This document shows, one piece after another, positions 60,038 to 64,000 of a DNA stretch of 64,000 nt (position 1 is the stretch's first letter; every line of letters starts with the position of its first letter). The DNA comes from Promethearchaeia archaeon (GTDB taxonomy: Archaea > Asgardarchaeota > Lokiarchaeia > Sigyniarchaeales > SOKP01). The stretch spans positions 1 through 64,000 of the forward strand of contig JAHQWL010000088.1 in the NCBI GenBank assembly GCA_029856155.1, in the 5' to 3' direction. The notes under the pieces were generated by a model, which saw nothing but the letters and a program-made list of their open reading frames with translations, was not told the DNA's origin and searched no databases. The position numbers were made by a program, and so were the translations under genes.

Positions 60038-61081
60038 TTACAAACGTGATTTGTACAATAAAGTAGCAATTGTAGAAAAAGCATAATCAACATTTTCTCC
60101 TTGTAGTGCAGAAGTTTCTATAAACCCTAAATTTAATTGGCTTGCTAGATTATTTGCCATATCAGTTGTTATTATTCTCTGCTCAACTAAGTCGTTTTTA
60201 TTTCCAATAACAAATCCAGTTAGCATATCTGATCTATTTTTTAATTGAGCGAGGACATCAGAATACCACTTTGGAATGCTATTAAAGGTCTCGATTCTAG
60301 TTAAATCAAAAACTAAAAAAACCGCGTCAAAACCTCGGTAAAATTGTTGCCTCATTGTTTCAAATTTGACTTGTCCTCCTATATCCCATAAAGTTAATTG
60401 AATTATAGCATCTTCAACCTTAAATATCTTATCTGTTACATGAACTCCTAGAGTTGGTACATAAGATCTTCTAAACGCATTATTTGTATATCTTAAGATT
60501 AATGAAGTTTTACCTACGGAGGGATCGCCTATTATTATTATTTTAAATTGATAATCTATTAAACTTCGGTCTTTATATTGCTGTTCAGGGAATGCCTCAC
60601 TCTCTTGTTGAGCCATTTCTTGAAGTTTTAATTCTTCCAAAAGAGCAGATATATTAAATTCAAGATGTTCAATTAATTTAACGAAATCTTCCCTGGATGC
60701 TTTTGATTTTTCTAAATTTATTATTTCTGGTGTAAGATTATTAAAAGGAATAGATAGATCATTAATATATTTATAAAAAATTACATCATCTATTTCTTGA
60801 AACAACAATACAAGTGCAGATAGACCAATACTTCCTCTTCTTGAAGGATCATCCCATTTAATGTATTTAACAATTCCCTTCAAATTCTTTGAAGGAAAGG
60901 GGAGGATTACTAAAGATTCTGGGATAAGTCCTTCTTCACCCGATAGGATTGTTAATGCCTTAATGCTTATGTGAATTAAATCCATTTGTGTGAATGTATT
61001 GGGTTTCCATGCTACGGGATTTGGTCCCATTTCATCACTCATTTCTATGTATACTATCCCTTGAATTATTTGACGTTTCAT
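60038..61081 (-). CDS. Longin/uDENN-like domain fused to Rab-like GTPase, tandem paralog
   Basis: IVYIEMSDEMGPNP; GDPSVGKTS, PTLG, WDIGGQ, GNKND, ETSAL; same 347-aa length. Confidence 0.85.
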   Translation of the reverse strand: MKRQIIQGIVYIEMSDEMGPNPVAWKPNTFTQMDLIHISIKALTILSGEEGLIPESLVILPFPSKNLKGIVKYIKWDDPSRRGSIGLSALVLLFQEIDDVIFYKYINDLSIPFNNLTPEIINLEKSKASREDFVKLIEHLEFNISALLEELKLQEMAQQESEAFPEQQYKDRSLIDYQFKIIIIGDPSVGKTSLILRYTNNAFRRSYVPTLGVHVTDKIFKVEDAIIQLTLWDIGGQVKFETMRQQFYRGFDAVFLVFDLTRIETFNSIPKWYSDVLAQLKNRSDMLTGFVIGNKNDLVEQRIITTDMANNLASQLNLGFIETSALQGENVDYAFSTIATLLYKSRL

Positions 61082-61206
61082 AATTATTTAGAATTCTTCT
61101 GAATGAGAAATTAAAGCAATGATAGAGTGTAAATATTTCGTTTTTAACTAATAATATAATCTTTTTATATAAATATTAATTTGCTAAAAAAAAAAATGAA
61201 ATTAGA

Positions 61207-61917
61207 TTATACTTTTAAACCTAAATACATAAGCCAGAAACTAGATAGATACCCAATTCTTACTATAATCACTAAAATTCCTGGAACAGTTAACCCCTCT
61301 AACAAGCCAAATATACAAAAACATATCGAACCTGCTGAAAGATAAAGAAAATTTCTACGTATGACTCCTGAAGATTGAAGAGCTTTATATAAAAAGCCTA
61401 GTCCTAAAAAGACAAGAACTGTTATTAACATAACACCCATTAATATTCCCGCTAAAGTCATTAAATTTACATTATAATCAATTAAGTTTATAAGTGGGTC
61501 GTCTGGTGGTGAAGGAACGAAATTAAAAGACCCTAGAGGATCTAAAAATACAACGATTTCAAAGAATATTGAAATTATTAATATAATTACTAGGATATAC
61601 ATTTTTATTTTTGGGGTAAGTAATTCTGCACCGATATACATTGCTGTTATGATCGCAGGAGCAAACCAAATATAAGATAGAATAGCAACCGAACCATTAT
61701 TAGGTAGATTGTGTCGAATAGTAAGAACTAATAGAAAATCTATAAATACACCTAACCACATAAGCCCAGCAAACATGTTGGCTGTACCTAAAAAAGCAAC
61801 TAATTTAGCCTTTGTTTTTCTTGAACGATAAATAAAGAATAAGCCAAATATAATGCCAAAAATCACTACCCCTGACGCAGTAACTCCATCAATCCATCCA
61901 TTTATATCCAATACCAA
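61207..61917 (-). CDS. About seven-TM membrane protein without cytoplasmic output domain
   Basis: About seven hydrophobic segments ending FWLMYLGLKV; SD AGGAGG. Confidence 0.75.
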   Translation of the reverse strand: MVLDINGWIDGVTASGVVIFGIIFGLFFIYRSRKTKAKLVAFLGTANMFAGLMWLGVFIDFLLVLTIRHNLPNNGSVAILSYIWFAPAIITAMYIGAELLTPKIKMYILVIILIISIFFEIVVFLDPLGSFNFVPSPPDDPLINLIDYNVNLMTLAGILMGVMLITVLVFLGLGFLYKALQSSGVIRRNFLYLSAGSICFCIFGLLEGLTVPGILVIIVRIGYLSSFWLMYLGLKV

Positions 61918-62018
61918 GATTAAATCTTCCTCCTTTTCATTTTGTTATTTATTGGAAGAAAAATTATTTTTATAATATGTATTATATAATCTTTTATTGT
62001 AATAAATACTAGGTTTAA

Positions 62019-62092
62019 TGGGAAAGAGGGGATTTGAACCCCCGACCTCTTGGTCCCGGACCAAGTATCATACCAATCTAGACTACCTTCCC
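62019..62092 (-). tRNA. tRNA-Pro(CGG), intronless, CCA not encoded
   Basis: Reverse complement GGGAAGG TA GTCTAGATTGGTATGAT A CTTGG TCCGGGA CCAAG AGGTC GGGGG TTCAAAT CCCCT CTTTCCC A folds as a cloverleaf. Confidence 0.92.
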
Positions 62093-62254
62093 ATAGTAAC
62101 TAAATACACTAAAAATAAGTAATTTAATTGAATAAAACTTTAAATATATTTAAAATCTCTAGAATTAATTTTCTTCTACATTAGGATTTTTTAAGCAATC
62201 TTACTGAATTTGATAATTATGGAAAATCATCATAAAACATCCAAGAAAATTTTC

Positions 62255-62545
62255 TTAATCTTTTATTTTTTCTAAGATAGAGATGATTCGGTAAATTGTA
62301 GTGCGGGAGTGGAAGGGGATATTGGGATCTTGACTTAAATCACCAACCATATACATTACATTGCTGGAAAGAACACCTGGGGTCTCATCTTCCCTATGTA
62401 ATTCATTAATACCTCTTTGTGCGATTCTCTTTATATTCCTAGGTACACTACGGTCATTTATCATTCCATTTAAAAGATATTCAACATTTTCAAAGCCCTT
62501 TTTTTCTTCTTCAGTTAGTGTTCTTGGCATTGAAAAAATCACCAT
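62255..62545 (-). CDS. UPF0147 family archaeal protein (start probably 62530)
   Basis: INDRSVPRNIKR...DLSQDPNIPFHSRTTIYRIISILE. Confidence 0.85.
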   Translation of the reverse strand: MVIFSMPRTLTEEEKKGFENVEYLLNGMINDRSVPRNIKRIAQRGINELHREDETPGVLSSNVMYMVGDLSQDPNIPFHSRTTIYRIISILEKIKD

Positions 62546-62944
62546 ATAAAGTCTACAGCAGATTAATAAAATAGAAATTTAAAATGTAAAATATTTTTTA
62601 AAATATAATTTTTTTGATTTTAAAAGAATTATAGCAGAATCCTAATTCAAAATTTGTCTTTTAAATTTAGTATCGTATTATCTGAATTCATTAATTTGAG
62701 GCTAAAATTTATGAAATGAATCAATAACCTTATTTTTCAAACGTTTTCAGAAGTTAATGAAATCGATTCTAATCCGAGTATTTGAACAATTAAAAGTTAT
62801 TGTTGGAGTCTAAAAAAATTCCTAAGATAAAAAGCTTAAAAATAATGGTATCAATATCAAGTTTATATCTTATAATATGAGATTCAATCTAAATATGGAT
62901 CTTAAATTATTAAAAAAAAAATAATATATAATGGGTGATAAATA

Positions 62945-63787
62945 TTGACACTTTCACCATATGAAGGATATAAATTTTTCCAAATGGAAAAGGATAAAGA
63001 TGTATTAATTATAAAATTAAATCGACCTAAAGTAAATGCATTAAGCGAAAATGTTTTTGAAGAATTATTCAATATAGTTAAAACTGCAAATGTTGATACA
63101 GAAGTAATTTCTGTTGTTATAGCTAGCGCAAATCCAAAGCTTTTTACAGTAGGAGCAGATATTAAAGAAATGATTAAAAAATATGGTAGAAAACCAAAAA
63201 AGGCTATTGATAATCTAAATTTAGGTCATTCCACACTTAATTTAATTGAAGACTCTCCAAAATGCTTTATAGTAGCATTCAAAGGTACATCTTATGGAGG
63301 AGGTATCGAACTAGCATGTGCGTGTGATATCAGAGTTGCTTCAGAAGATGCATATTTTGCTATGCCTGAAACAAGAATTGGGCTTGTTCCAGGATATGGA
63401 GGAACCCAACGACTTCCTCGTATTATTGGTTGGGGGCGAGCTAAAAAATTTATATTAAGTGGAGAGCCAATAGATGCTCAAGAAGCCTTCAGAATAGGTC
63501 TAATTGATGAAATTGTACCTAAAGGCAAAGAATTACAAAGAGCTTTGCATTATGCTCATTCAATTGCACGGGGAGCTCCAATATCGGCAGCATTAACTAA
63601 GAAAGCTATAAATGAAGGTTTTAATATGAATTTAAAAGATGCGCTTGAGAAAGAAAAAGAGTGTTTTATGAGAAATATCAAAACCCAAATGTGGGAAGAG
63701 GGACTATGGGGTTTTATCAGAAAAAAACCTCCAGCATTCAAACGTATTGGGGAAATTGGATATCCCTTTGAAGATTATTTTGCTTAA
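62945..63787 (+). CDS. Enoyl-CoA hydratase/isomerase (crotonase)
   Basis: LNRPKVNAL, FTVGADI, GGGIELA, PETRIGLVPGYGGTQRLPR. Confidence 0.92.
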   Translation: MTLSPYEGYKFFQMEKDKDVLIIKLNRPKVNALSENVFEELFNIVKTANVDTEVISVVIASANPKLFTVGADIKEMIKKYGRKPKKAIDNLNLGHSTLNLIEDSPKCFIVAFKGTSYGGGIELACACDIRVASEDAYFAMPETRIGLVPGYGGTQRLPRIIGWGRAKKFILSGEPIDAQEAFRIGLIDEIVPKGKELQRALHYAHSIARGAPISAALTKKAINEGFNMNLKDALEKEKECFMRNIKTQMWEEGLWGFIRKKPPAFKRIGEIGYPFEDYFA

Positions 63788-63849
63788 AAGGGAATATTCT
63801 TCATATGAAAAAAAAAATCAAAAATTCATAATTTTTAATTTAATATAGA

Positions 63850-64000
63850 TTATACAATTAATTCAATTTTTTTTCCGCAAAAACTACATTTTTTTAATTC
63901 TCTACTAAAAAATTCTCCACATTCATTACATTTTTGTAAATTTGCATCTATTATTTCTTTAGCTATACTTAAAAATGCTTCTTTTACATTTTGCCCTGTT
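63850..64000 (-). CDS. C-terminus of a small GTPase carrying a zinc ribbon (partial)
   Basis: Not in the ORF track. Manual translation TGQNVKEAFLSIAKEIIDANLQKCNECGEFFSRELKKCSFCGKKIELIV* shows the post-G5 helix followed by CxxC...CxxC. Confidence 0.75.
   Translation of the reverse strand, partial: TGQNVKEAFLSIAKEIIDANLQKCNECGEFFSRELKKCSFCGKKIELIV

Noticed and set aside
962-63741. Short ORFs nested in or antisense to long genes (e.g. 962, 1193, 1469, 2790, 5792, 8163, 8998, 14555, 15017, 15215, 19094, 19745, 22642, 23605, 24103, 25645, 26044, 27369, 27877, 28965, 32806, 37319, 41115, 43788, 46402, 51768, 51981, 54260, 58404, 62361, 63556)
   Set aside because: They overlap well-supported genes and have no recognisable motifs.
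1-64000. CRISPR arrays, rRNA, IS elements, integrase or provirus at tRNA-Pro
   Set aside because: No regularly spaced repeats, transposase or integrase motifs, or duplicated tRNA 3' end were seen.

Overview
AT-rich archaeal chromosomal window whose gene content points to an Asgard archaeon, most likely Lokiarchaeia/Promethearchaeia. The evidence for that assignment is several Rab-like small GTPases (two fused to longin/uDENN-like N-termini), membrane proteins with 'SGFxxAI' longin/roadblock-like tails, TFB paralogs, F420-type enzymes and an archaeal tRNA. From left to right it holds: a split MgtE pair plus a PhoU/TrkA-C gene behind a DtxR/MntR-like palindrome; hxlB, NUDIX, two SET-domain genes and nfo; AOR, lutAB-like genes and a four-subunit 2-oxoacid:ferredoxin oxidoreductase operon ending in an FrhB-PyrK fusion; two TFB-family genes; two tandem P-type ATPases with non-canonical transport sites (PINLP/PINIP instead of PEGLP, His at the SERCA D800 position); three LLM oxidoreductases; a 1380-aa surface receptor-like protein; an HDAC-family gene; tdh/kbl; about 1.4 kb of gene remnants; a sugar ABC operon; fatty-acid/CoA genes; a small-GTPase cluster; and tRNA-Pro(CGG) with C33. 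No CRISPR array, rRNA or transposase was seen. All assignments come from motif recognition by eye; no database searches were run.
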